Assembly: GCA_902612825.1 (NCBI GenBank)
Contig: CACMET010000002.1
Span: forward strand, 3,542-67,541
Direction of reading: 5' to 3'
DNA: 64,000 nucleotides
From: an uncultured Alphaproteobacteria bacterium
Lineage (GTDB): Bacteria; Pseudomonadota; Alphaproteobacteria; HIMB59; GCA-002718135
The notes below the pieces were generated by a model. That model was not told the origin of the DNA, searched no databases, and saw only the letters and a program-made list of their open reading frames with translations. The position numbers and the translations under genes were made by a program. Shown here piece by piece: positions 39,224 to 48,697 of this stretch; position 1 is the first letter of the stretch, and every line of letters starts with the position of its first letter.

Positions 39224-40222
39224 TTAGATTAGACTCTTTATCTTTTCTATTAGCTCTGAATTAATTTGTCTTGGGCCTTTATCTTGCCTATTAGTATGTC
39301 TTCGTTGTCCAGGTAAACGTACACCGTCTAAAGATGTCATTTGTTCAAAAAATTTCTCAGCATGTTCATTCCAATTTTTTCCTGCAATAAGCTCTGGAGA
39401 TAAAGCCATAATAAATTCACCGCCTCTTGCAGGACCTCCATCATTATTGTCTTCCTCTTTAGCTTCAAAACTAAATAAATCTCCTACTAGACCTGCAGCT
39501 AATAACTCAATCATCATTGCTATTGCAGAACCTTTGTAGTCACCAAATGTTAAAAGGACTCCTCCATTTGCAATTTCAGATGGATTATCAGTTTTTTCTC
39601 CATGTTTATTTAAGCCTGTTCCAAATGGAACTTTATGACCATCACGTGCTGCAACCTGAACTTCTCCCATAGCCATTGTTGAAGTAGCCATATCGTAGAC
39701 TACAGGGGTATTATTTTTTCTTGGCCAAGCAAATGATATTGGATTTGTACCAAATAATGGTTTTTTTGCACCAGCAGGAGCTACACTTGGTTTATAAGCT
39801 GTACAAGCAATTCCAACTAAGTTGTTTTCAGCTAATGCTTCAGTTTCGTGCCATAAAGCTGCAAAATGATGAGTATTAGATATAGTCAAAACACCAACTC
39901 CATGTTTATTTGTCGTTTTTATCAATTCAGGCAAACCAACTTTTATTCCTACGGGAGCAAACCCATAATCACCTTCAACACGAATTGCATTTTGTGTAAG
40001 ATAAGTGTTTGTAGGTCTTGAAACACCATTAACTTTTTTACTTTTTAGAGAAGCTACATAACCGGGAATTCGGAATAAACCATGAGAAACACTTCCATCT
40101 CTTTCAGCATGTGAAACTGTTGTCGCAACAGAATCAGCATTGAAATGATCACATCCATTAGTAGATAATGCTTTATATGCTAGGTCATATATATTTTCTA
40201 ATTCTAATGGTGTGGTATTCAT
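39224..40222 (-). CDS. Ldh_2-family NAD(P)H oxidoreductase, DpkA/imino-acid-reductase-like
   Basis: 332 aa. Motifs HGLFRIPGY, NTHHFAALW, KPLFGTNPISFA, YDMATST, GDYKGSAIAMMIELL. Strongest by-memory resemblance is to Delta1-piperideine-2-carboxylate/pyrroline-2-carboxylate reductases. Confidence 0.7.
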   Translation of the reverse strand: MNTTPLELENIYDLAYKALSTNGCDHFNADSVATTVSHAERDGSVSHGLFRIPGYVASLKSKKVNGVSRPTNTYLTQNAIRVEGDYGFAPVGIKVGLPELIKTTNKHGVGVLTISNTHHFAALWHETEALAENNLVGIACTAYKPSVAPAGAKKPLFGTNPISFAWPRKNNTPVVYDMATSTMAMGEVQVAARDGHKVPFGTGLNKHGEKTDNPSEIANGGVLLTFGDYKGSAIAMMIELLAAGLVGDLFSFEAKEEDNNDGGPARGGEFIMALSPELIAGKNWNEHAEKFFEQMTSLDGVRLPGQRRHTNRQDKGPRQINSELIEKIKSLI

Positions 40223-40255
40223 TTACTTTTATTGAATAATTAATATTATTAATTC

Positions 40256-41626
40256 ATGGATAGAGGATTATTAGACAATTTAAAAGATATTTTACAAGAA
40301 AGAATATCATTTTCAGAAAGTGTAAGAAATAATCATGCGAAAGGTGAGGATGCTTACGATCCAGTTCTACCTAGGGCAGTTTTATTTCCAAACAATAATG
40401 AAGAACTCTCAAAAATACTGAAAATTTGTAATGAATTTAAAGTACCCGTAACTGCGTATGGAACAGGAACATCATTAGAAGGTCATGTTGTTGGAAATAA
40501 TGAAGGATTTACAATTTCAATGGAAAATTTTAATAAAATTATTTCTATTAATGAAGCAGACTTTGATTGTCGAGTACAAGCAAATGTATCTAGAGAACAA
40601 CTAAATGAAACTTTAAAAGATAAAGGAGTTTTTTTCCCAATTGACCCTGGCGCAAACGCATCTCTCGGAGGTATGGCAGCTTGTTCAGCTTCAGGGACGA
40701 TGGCTGTGAGATATGGAACTATGAGAACAACAGTGCTTGGTTTAACCGTTGTAATGGCAAATGGTGAAATTATAAATACAGGAACAAGATCCAAAAAAAC
40801 CTCTGCAGGATATAATCTTACTAACCTTTTTGTTGGATCAGAGGGAACTTTAGGAATAATAACTGAAGTGCATCTTCGATTGTCTCCAATACCAGAGAGC
40901 ATAATGAGTGCTGTTTGTCAGTTCCCTGATCTAGACTCTGCAGTGTTAACAGCACAAGAGATAATTCAATATGGTGTCCTTATTGCAAGAGTAGAATTAT
41001 TAAATAAAGATCAAATGGATATAAGTATACAATACTCAAAGCTAGAAAATTTAGACAGTTTGCCAACACTATTCTATGAATTTCATGGCACTGAGATTTC
41101 AAATAAAGAATCAATTGATGTAGTGAAAGAAATTTCCAAAAATAATAATGGTAGTGAATTTAAATGGGCCGCAAATACTGAAGAAAGAAACAAAATCTGG
41201 AAAGCAAGACATAATGTGTATTATTCTGTTAAGGCACAAGGTGATAATATTAGAGTTTATGTTACTGATGTTTGTGTACCCATTTCAAACATAGTGGAAT
41301 GTATTAAATTTGCAGAAACAGAACTTCGTGATACGGGATTAAAGGCACCTATGGTTGGTCATGTTGGTGATGGAAATTTTCATGTGTCTATTGTCTACGA
41401 TCCAAGTAAACAAAATGAGTACAAATATATCAGAGAATTTAGCAATAGATTAATTGATAAAGCTTTAGAGATGGATGGAACTATTACAGGTGAGCATGGT
41501 ATTGGTCTTCAAAAAAAAGAATATTTATTAAAACAACACCCTGATAATGTTCCTCTAATGAAATTAATTAAGAAAAGTTTTGATCCTAATAATATTTTAA
41601 ATCCTAACAAAGTTTTTGATTTATAA
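40256..41626 (+). CDS. FAD-linked oxidase (D-lactate / D-2-hydroxyacid dehydrogenase, GlcD-like)
   Basis: 456 aa. FAD_binding_4 pattern (GTGTSLEGH, GGMAA...SG) and C-terminal GTITGEHGIG motif. Confidence 0.8.
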   Translation: MDRGLLDNLKDILQERISFSESVRNNHAKGEDAYDPVLPRAVLFPNNNEELSKILKICNEFKVPVTAYGTGTSLEGHVVGNNEGFTISMENFNKIISINEADFDCRVQANVSREQLNETLKDKGVFFPIDPGANASLGGMAACSASGTMAVRYGTMRTTVLGLTVVMANGEIINTGTRSKKTSAGYNLTNLFVGSEGTLGIITEVHLRLSPIPESIMSAVCQFPDLDSAVLTAQEIIQYGVLIARVELLNKDQMDISIQYSKLENLDSLPTLFYEFHGTEISNKESIDVVKEISKNNNGSEFKWAANTEERNKIWKARHNVYYSVKAQGDNIRVYVTDVCVPISNIVECIKFAETELRDTGLKAPMVGHVGDGNFHVSIVYDPSKQNEYKYIREFSNRLIDKALEMDGTITGEHGIGLQKKEYLLKQHPDNVPLMKLIKKSFDPNNILNPNKVFDL

Positions 41627-41632
41627 ATAACT

Positions 41633-42688
41633 TTATATTTTTTGTAGTTTTTTTGTTTTTAAAGATTTGTACATTCCTTCTAATACTTTAATTGTCTTTA
41701 ATCCAATTTCACCATTTGAATGATTTTTTACATTTTTTCCAAGACAAATATCAATAAAAGTATTCAGTGCATCTTTAGTACCATAACTATAAGCACCATC
41801 TCCTTTACGTATTTTCTCTTCGATTATATCGCCATTATTTAAACGGACCAATAATCGTTCTCTGTTAATTTCCATGTCTAAATACAATACTCCTTTTGTA
41901 CCATGAACTGTTATATAGAAAGTTCCACCAAAATCTTTTGGAACAAACGCACTTCCTGAGAATGCACCAGTGGCACCATTTGAAAATTTCATTGATATAG
42001 CGTTTGTATAATCGACATCAGTTGGTGAAGGGACTGAGAGACAAAAAATTTCTTTAGGATCAAGATTAGTAATTTTAAATATACCTGCAAACATATGTGA
42101 CAGTTGTCCCCACCCATAACCTCCAGCTTTATTTGGGTCAGACCAAGTTGATGCATGTGGTTGAAAAGTATGCATATTTGATTCACTAAGTGGTATGCCC
42201 TGAAATAAATCTGTAAGAGATGAAGTAAAAGCTGCATCAACATGTTTGATTTCGCCAATTGTATTAGTTAATATAATTTCTTCTGCTTTTGACATAAAAT
42301 TTTTAAAGTTAAATCCATTGGGTATTAAAATTTGTTTATTAATTTTTTTAGCTAAACGTATTAATTGTTGAGCATCTTTTACATTTGTAGTCATAGGTTT
42401 TTCAATCATTACATGACAATTTTTTTCTAGTGATGCTTTTGCGTTTTCATAATGAGCATAATGAGGAGAGGAAATTATAACACCATCTAAATTTGAAAAA
42501 TTTAACATTTCTCTGAAATTTGTAGAAGCATACTCAAATCCAAATTTATCTTTAACAAATTTCAACTGATCTTTTTCAAGTTTACAAACGCTTGTTAATT
42601 CAACTTCAGTTCGTTCTTTTAAATGAGGTATGTGGTTTTCTGTAGCCCACCAACCTGCACCAATGACACCTATTTTAATTTTTTGCAT
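41633..42688 (-). CDS. Gfo/Idh/MocA-family NAD(P)-dependent sugar/inositol dehydrogenase
   Basis: 351 aa. IKIGVIGAGWWA Rossmann N-terminus and EKP motif (MIEKPM). Confidence 0.8.
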   Translation of the reverse strand: MQKIKIGVIGAGWWATENHIPHLKERTEVELTSVCKLEKDQLKFVKDKFGFEYASTNFREMLNFSNLDGVIISSPHYAHYENAKASLEKNCHVMIEKPMTTNVKDAQQLIRLAKKINKQILIPNGFNFKNFMSKAEEIILTNTIGEIKHVDAAFTSSLTDLFQGIPLSESNMHTFQPHASTWSDPNKAGGYGWGQLSHMFAGIFKITNLDPKEIFCLSVPSPTDVDYTNAISMKFSNGATGAFSGSAFVPKDFGGTFYITVHGTKGVLYLDMEINRERLLVRLNNGDIIEEKIRKGDGAYSYGTKDALNTFIDICLGKNVKNHSNGEIGLKTIKVLEGMYKSLKTKKLQKI

Positions 42689-42762
42689 TTTTTTACTCTA
42701 TTACAATAATTTACAAATGTCATTAAGCAGGATATTTATCTATTTATTAAATATTAAAGTAA

Positions 42763-43731
42763 ATGAAAAATAAAAGAAATATTGCAATTCTGATGGGTGA
42801 TCCATCTGGTATTGGTCCTGAGTTAATTTGTAAAATTCTAAATTATAATTTTTTAAAAAAAATAAATATAATAATTATTGGAGAAAAATATATATTTGAC
42901 AAATATTTGAAGAAACAAAAAAATATTAAATCAATTAATAATTTTGATCATATAGAATTTAAAAGTACTAATAAGATTTTCTTTGATATTACCAAAAGAA
43001 AAGTAAGATATCCAATTGGAAAAGCAAATATAAAATCAGGAATTTCTGTTTTAAAATCTATCGGTATAGCAGTTGATTTATATAATAAGAGAAAAATAGA
43101 TGGAATTAATTTTGCTCCATTTAATAAAACTAGTTTAGATCTTGCAGGTATGAAATTTAAAGATGAGCTTCATTATTTTAAAAATAAATTTAAAATAAAG
43201 AGCTATGTTTGTGAACTTAATGTGTTGAATAATTTTTGGACTGCTAGAGTAACATCTCACATTCCTCTTAAAGATGTTGCAAAAAATATAACTATTAAAA
43301 ATATTCTTGAACCAGTTAAATTAGTTAATAAGTATTTAAAAAAGAATGGAATTAAAAATCCAAAAGTAGGTGTTCAAGCTTTAAATCCTCACGCTGAGTT
43401 TGGAAATGAAGAGAAAAAAATAATAATCCCTGCAATAAGAAAAGCAAGAAAAATGAAAATTAAAACTTATGGACCATTACCATGTGATACATCATTTATT
43501 AGAGCCTATAAAAATAAAGAGTTTAATTGTCTTGTCGGCATGTATCATGATGCCATACAATCAGGTCTTAAATCTTTTGGGTTTGAAAAAGGAGTTACTG
43601 TTCAAGGAGGTCTGCCAATACCCATTACCACTCCTGCTCATGGAACAGCATTTGATATTGTGGGTAAAAATCAAGCTAACGTAAGTCCAATGTTAGAATC
43701 TTTAAAGTTATTAATTAAACTCTTATCTTAA
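42763..43731 (+). CDS. PdxA-family NAD-dependent (decarboxylating) dehydrogenase
   Basis: 322 aa. IAILMGDPSGIGPEL, ALNPHA and TPAHGTAFDIVGK motifs. Confidence 0.8.
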   Translation: MKNKRNIAILMGDPSGIGPELICKILNYNFLKKINIIIIGEKYIFDKYLKKQKNIKSINNFDHIEFKSTNKIFFDITKRKVRYPIGKANIKSGISVLKSIGIAVDLYNKRKIDGINFAPFNKTSLDLAGMKFKDELHYFKNKFKIKSYVCELNVLNNFWTARVTSHIPLKDVAKNITIKNILEPVKLVNKYLKKNGIKNPKVGVQALNPHAEFGNEEKKIIIPAIRKARKMKIKTYGPLPCDTSFIRAYKNKEFNCLVGMYHDAIQSGLKSFGFEKGVTVQGGLPIPITTPAHGTAFDIVGKNQANVSPMLESLKLLIKLLS

Positions 43732-43780
43732 AATTAAATAAATCTCTTGAATTAAATTAAATTAATATAATAATAGTCTT

Positions 43781-44965
43781 GTGAGTAAAATTGTAAGTGT
43801 AAAAGCTAAGGTCTATAAATGGACAGGGCCCGTTCAAAAAATTCACGAAAATTTTTGCACAAATGCTGCAGATATTGTTAATCAAGAAAATATTTCAGAT
43901 GATAGATGGACAACATATAAATTTCATAGTTGGTTAGTTGTTGAAGTAGAAACAAGTGATGGTTTTATAGGTTTAGGTAACGCCGCATTATCACCAGAAC
44001 CATGTAAATCAGTTGTAGATACTTATTTAGCACCAGCCATTATCGGTGAAAGTATATGGGATTATGAGCATATATGGCAAAAGATGTACCGACAAACACT
44101 AGCTTGGGGAAGAAAAGGTGTAGGTATGACAGCTATTAGTGCTGTTGATATTGCAATATGGGATGCGCTTGGAAAATCTGCGAAACAACCTGTATTCAAA
44201 TTATTAGGTGGAAAAACTAAATCAAAACTGCCTTGTTATGCAAGTAAGCTTTACAGTCAACCTCTTGATAGTCTTGCAAAAGAAGCTAAAGATTACGTAG
44301 ATCAAGGTTTTAAAGCAATGAAATTAAGACTTGGTTGGGGTCCCACTAATGGTGCTGAAGGTATGCATAAAAATATTGAATTAATCAAAACAGTAAGATC
44401 AATTGTTGGTGATAATGTTGATCTTATGGCTGATGTATATATGGGGTGGACATTTGAATATGCAAAAAGAATGATGAGATTAATTGATAATGAAAATCTT
44501 CGTTGGTTAGAAGAACCAGTTATCGCTGATGATATTGATGGTTATGCAGATCTAAAAGCTTCATGTAGAACTCCTATATCTGGTGGTGAACATGAATATA
44601 CACTTTTTGGTTTTAGACAATTACTAGAAAAAAAAGCAATTGATGTTGTGCAATTTGATACGAATAGAGTTGGTGGAATAACACAGGCGCATAAAATTTC
44701 TGCTTTAGCTGAAGCATTTCAAATACCCGTTATTCCTCACGCTGGACAAGTCCATAATTTTCATATTTCCATGAGTTCAGTCAACGCTCCTATTGTCGAA
44801 TATTTTCCATTCTGGCCAGTAGAAATTGGTAATGAATTATTTTGGTATATTTTTGATGGAGAGCCTCAAGCAAAAAATGGTTTTATTGAATTAGATGAAA
44901 ATAAGCACGGATTAGGAATAGAGTTATCCGAAAAATATTTAAAAAACTTTGAAATTCATCAATAA
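43781..44965 (+). CDS. Enolase-superfamily acid-sugar dehydratase (L-rhamnonate/fuconate dehydratase-like)
   Basis: 394 aa, GTG start. ISAVDIALWD..GK..PV.KLLGG, MADVYMGW, LRWLEEP and SGGEHE metal/catalytic pattern. Confidence 0.75.
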   Translation: MSKIVSVKAKVYKWTGPVQKIHENFCTNAADIVNQENISDDRWTTYKFHSWLVVEVETSDGFIGLGNAALSPEPCKSVVDTYLAPAIIGESIWDYEHIWQKMYRQTLAWGRKGVGMTAISAVDIAIWDALGKSAKQPVFKLLGGKTKSKLPCYASKLYSQPLDSLAKEAKDYVDQGFKAMKLRLGWGPTNGAEGMHKNIELIKTVRSIVGDNVDLMADVYMGWTFEYAKRMMRLIDNENLRWLEEPVIADDIDGYADLKASCRTPISGGEHEYTLFGFRQLLEKKAIDVVQFDTNRVGGITQAHKISALAEAFQIPVIPHAGQVHNFHISMSSVNAPIVEYFPFWPVEIGNELFWYIFDGEPQAKNGFIELDENKHGLGIELSEKYLKNFEIHQ

Positions 44966-44968
44966 TAT

Positions 44969-46702
44969 TTAGTGACTATGTCTTTTGACTTCAGCACCTC
45001 TTTTTCCAATTAGAAAATCTAAATCTGCTCCTTTGTCAGCTTGCATTACATGTTCTACATACATTTTTTGATAACCACCTGTGATTTCTGGAACAACAGG
45101 TGAATAATTTTCCAGACGATTTTTTATTGTTTCATCATCAACTTTTAAATTCATTGTTCCTTGATCAACATCAACTTCTATTTCGTCACCATTTTGAACT
45201 GCTGCTAAAGGGCCTTTAACCGCAGCTTCTGGAGCTGTATGAAGTATTACTGTACCATATGCTGTTCCACTCATTCTAGCATCAGATATGCGAATCATAT
45301 CTCTCACACCTTTCTTAAGTACTTTTTGTGGAAGTCGCATGTTGCCAACTTCAGCCATACCAGGATAACCTTTCGGCCCACAGTTTTTTAAAACTAATAT
45401 TGAATTTTCATCAACGTCTAAATTAGGATCATCAATCTTTTCATGAAACTCTTCTACGCTTTCAAAAACTACAGCTTTTCCAGTATGTTTCATTAATTCT
45501 GGTGATGCAGCTGATGGTTTAATAATTGCACCATTTGGAGCTATATTGCCTCTAAGAATTTTAATTCCTCCATTTTTGGTTAATGGATTTTCAAATTCTT
45601 TTATAACATCATTATTCCAACATTTAGCGTTTAAATTATTCTCAGCTATTGTTTTTCCATTAACAGTCATTGAATTTTCATCTAGTAATTTTTTTTCCAT
45701 TAATCTTTTTATAACTACTGGAACACCACCTGCATAATAAAAATCTTCCATTAAGTATTTTCCAGAAGGTTGAAGATTTACTAATGTTGGAATACCTTCT
45801 CCACATTTATTCCAATCTTCTAATTCTAAATCTATTTCCATTCGGCCTGCAATTGCAGCTAAATGGATAACTGCATTTGTAGATCCCCCTATTGCTCCAT
45901 TGACCTTGATTGCATTTTCAAATGATTTTTTTGTAACAATTTTTGACATAGTTATATCTTCCTTAACCATTTCAACAATTCTTTTCCCAGACATATGAGC
46001 TAAAGCATATCTTCTTGAGTCAACTGCAGGTATCGCAGCATTTCCAGGTAGCGACATCCCTAATGCTTCCACCATTGATCCCATTGTTGAGGCAGTCCCC
46101 ATAGTCATACAATTACCTTTTGATCTACTCATTGAAATTTCTGCATTAATAAAATCTTCTTCTGTAATTACACCAGCATTTAAATCTGCATCAAGTTTCC
46201 AAACACCAGTACCAGAACCTATTGTTTCACCTTGATGATGTCCGTTAAGCATTGGGCCACCTGAAACACCTATTGTAGGAAGATCGACACTTGCAGCTCC
46301 CATCATTAATGAAGGTGTTGTTTTATCACACCCCATTAATAATACGACTCCGTCTATGGGATTACCTCTTATTGCCTCTTCAACATCCATACTTGCTAAA
46401 TTTCTAAACAACATAGCTGTAGGTCTTAAATTGGATTCACTTGCTGAAAAAACAGGGAATTCGAGAGGAAAACCCCCAGCTTCATAAACACCTTTTTTAA
46501 CAGACTCTGCTATCTCTCTGAAATGACCATTACAAGGAGTTAATTCTGACCATGTATTACAAATACCAATTACAGGACGGCCATCAAATAAATGATTTGG
46601 ATGACCTTGATTTCTCATCCAGCCTCTATGAATAAATGTATCTCTTCGATGTGATTTAGAATTATACCAATTAGAAGATCTAAATTTATTTTTTTTATTC
46701 AT
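44969..46702 (-). CDS. IlvD/Edd-family sugar-acid (pentonate/hexonate) dehydratase
   Basis: 577 aa. N-terminus RSSNWYNS...FIHRGWMRNQG...GRPVIGICNTWSELTPCNGH, typical of arabinonate/xylonate dehydratases rather than housekeeping IlvD. GCDKTTP Fe-S motif. Confidence 0.8.
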   Translation of the reverse strand: MNKKNKFRSSNWYNSKSHRRDTFIHRGWMRNQGHPNHLFDGRPVIGICNTWSELTPCNGHFREIAESVKKGVYEAGGFPLEFPVFSASESNLRPTAMLFRNLASMDVEEAIRGNPIDGVVLLMGCDKTTPSLMMGAASVDLPTIGVSGGPMLNGHHQGETIGSGTGVWKLDADLNAGVITEEDFINAEISMSRSKGNCMTMGTASTMGSMVEALGMSLPGNAAIPAVDSRRYALAHMSGKRIVEMVKEDITMSKIVTKKSFENAIKVNGAIGGSTNAVIHLAAIAGRMEIDLELEDWNKCGEGIPTLVNLQPSGKYLMEDFYYAGGVPVVIKRLMEKKLLDENSMTVNGKTIAENNLNAKCWNNDVIKEFENPLTKNGGIKILRGNIAPNGAIIKPSAASPELMKHTGKAVVFESVEEFHEKIDDPNLDVDENSILVLKNCGPKGYPGMAEVGNMRLPQKVLKKGVRDMIRISDARMSGTAYGTVILHTAPEAAVKGPLAAVQNGDEIEVDVDQGTMNLKVDDETIKNRLENYSPVVPEITGGYQKMYVEHVMQADKGADLDFLIGKRGAEVKRHSH

Positions 46703-46734
46703 GTGTGAAAGTTTTAGCTAATTAAAGTAAAAAA

Positions 46735-47610
46735 TCAAATTTTAAATTTATTATCTTCAAGGCCAGGCACATTAACATTTAATGCAAATAGACTGCCATC
46801 ATGTTGATTTTTACCTGAATTTGTAGCACTTGTAATAAATAAAGTTTTAAGATCACTTCCTCCAAATACACAATTTGTTATATTTTCAACAGGTAGCTCA
46901 TAGATTTTATCTATTCTTCCTTTAGGATCAATTCTCACTACACATGATCCACCCCAACGACAATTCCAAATAAAACCATCACTATCAATAGTTGATCCAT
47001 CTGGGGCACCTCTATCAAAATCGAAGAAGTTTTTTTTATCTGACAAACTACCTTCATCTAGGTTAAAATTGTATTCTAGTAATGATCCCTCAGTTGTATC
47101 AGCAAAATAAAATTTCGTGTTATCTGGGCTCCAAACAAATGTGTTAGGTATACCAAGATTTGTTTCAACAATATTTACCTTATTATCAAATAGACAATAT
47201 AAACTACCCGATTTAGCATTTAAAGATTTTGCACTTCCATCTTGATTAAAATTATTTTGCATAGTGCCAAACCAGAGCCTACCCCTAGCATCAGATGCAC
47301 CATCATTAGATCTATTTGTTAAAATATCATCTTCAACATTAATTATTCTTTCGTATTTTTTAGATTGAAAGTTAAATTTATTTACTCCATTATTTGAGAC
47401 TAAAGCAATTTCATTCTTTGAGATTATTGACGTCGCTGTTACAAAATCAGGTAAATCAAAAGTTTCTAATTTTTCGTTATCTAAATTAATTCTGAATAAA
47501 ACTGATTTTGGTTTAATATCTACCCAGTGTAAAGTTTGGTCAATTGAAGACCACGTGATACCTTCTCCCAAACTATTTTTTACATCTTTATATAATTCGA
47601 CCTTACTCAT
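46735..47610 (-). CDS. SMP-30/gluconolactonase/LRE-like sugar lactonase
   Basis: 291 aa. LGEGITW, NDGASDARGRLWFGTM and PDGSTIDSDGFIW six-blade pattern. Confidence 0.8.
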   Translation of the reverse strand: MSKVELYKDVKNSLGEGITWSSIDQTLHWVDIKPKSVLFRINLDNEKLETFDLPDFVTATSIISKNEIALVSNNGVNKFNFQSKKYERIINVEDDILTNRSNDGASDARGRLWFGTMQNNFNQDGSAKSLNAKSGSLYCLFDNKVNIVETNLGIPNTFVWSPDNTKFYFADTTEGSLLEYNFNLDEGSLSDKKNFFDFDRGAPDGSTIDSDGFIWNCRWGGSCVVRIDPKGRIDKIYELPVENITNCVFGGSDLKTLFITSATNSGKNQHDGSLFALNVNVPGLEDNKFKI

Positions 47611-47654
47611 ATTTTAGATCAATATAACAAAATTTAAAATTTATGAAGATAAGT

Positions 47655-48659
47655 TTAGAGGTAATGGGCTTTATCTTTAATGCGAGCCATTACTTCTTTT
47701 GTTGCTTCTTCAGAACCGTCATGGAATGTACCCATTAGTTTATCTAAGAAACTAGTATTTCCACCTGAATAATTGCATTCAAAATATTTATGGTGAATGT
47801 AATGCATATAATCACCTGTTGGAATTGATACACCATTTTTGAAAGTCATTTTCTCATATCCTGTATGTCCAGGTGTAGGTGCTAAACCGGCATGAAATAC
47901 ATGATACATCGCAACAAGAGGATGGGAAGGTATAATCCAATGAACTAAGATTCCTGAAAAATAGAGTATATGTTCTATTGGATGCATAGACATACCAGAC
48001 CAAGCACCTGTATTCGTATTACGGTGGTGAACTTTATGAGCAATTTTATAAAGTGGTGCCCAGTGCAATAGTCTATGAGTTAAATAAAAATGTGCGTCTC
48101 TTATAAACGGAACAAGAAAGAACATAAAACAACAATATATCGGATAAGCCTCCCAGCTTACATATGGGATTATTTGATTTGCAAATGCCCAAAATGTAAT
48201 TACTTCATAAGCTGTCCATAATGGAATAGCACTACAAAAAGTATAGAATAGGTTGTCTTTAGTCTGGTCTTTAAATAAAAATGTTGAGTTATTTTTTTCC
48301 AAAGGTCGTGGATTATATTTAAATGAAGTTCCTTGTGTCTGCAGTCTTAAATGAAAGAAGCCTGTCCAAAGTAAAATAATAACTGCATTTCTGAAAAATA
48401 TATAGGATATCCATCCTATTTCAAAAGTCTTCATTGTCTCTAAAGAAGGAGTCAAAAAAAGATATGTAGCAACAGTTATTGCTGCGAAAACAAAAGTCCA
48501 TGGAAAAAAAATTCCAGGAAATTTAAAAAAATACTTTAAAAATTTTATCGGGTTAAAAAATATATCTTTAGGTGGGTTAATACTTATTGTGCCAAAAGGT
48601 TTCCAATGGCCTCTTTTATCTCTTGTACCAAAATCATTATCATTTAGTTGATTTCCCAT
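47655..48659 (-). CDS. Fatty-acid-hydroxylase/sterol-desaturase-family membrane di-iron oxygenase
   Basis: 334 aa, multiple TM helices. His boxes HRLLH, HKVHH, HYIHH. Confidence 0.75.
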   Translation of the reverse strand: MGNQLNDNDFGTRDKRGHWKPFGTISINPPKDIFFNPIKFLKYFFKFPGIFFPWTFVFAAITVATYLFLTPSLETMKTFEIGWISYIFFRNAVIILLWTGFFHLRLQTQGTSFKYNPRPLEKNNSTFLFKDQTKDNLFYTFCSAIPLWTAYEVITFWAFANQIIPYVSWEAYPIYCCFMFFLVPFIRDAHFYLTHRLLHWAPLYKIAHKVHHRNTNTGAWSGMSMHPIEHILYFSGILVHWIIPSHPLVAMYHVFHAGLAPTPGHTGYEKMTFKNGVSIPTGDYMHYIHHKYFECNYSGGNTSFLDKLMGTFHDGSEEATKEVMARIKDKAHYL

Positions 48660-48697
48660 GATCCGTTTATAGTATATTTTGAGTAAAAAAAAAGAGA

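Noticed and set aside
40483-40902. 139-aa minus-strand ORF
   Set aside because: Antisense to the FAD-linked oxidase gene, with no independent signal.
41989-42258. 89-aa minus-strand ORF within the Gfo/Idh/MocA gene
   Set aside because: Same strand but a different frame of a gene with a clear Rossmann N-terminus, so it is an alternative-frame artefact.
44969-46702. Interpretation as the housekeeping branched-chain amino-acid ilvD
   Set aside because: The N-terminal signature and the co-transcription with a lactonase fit the sugar-acid (arabinonate/xylonate-type) dehydratase branch. There is no ilv context.
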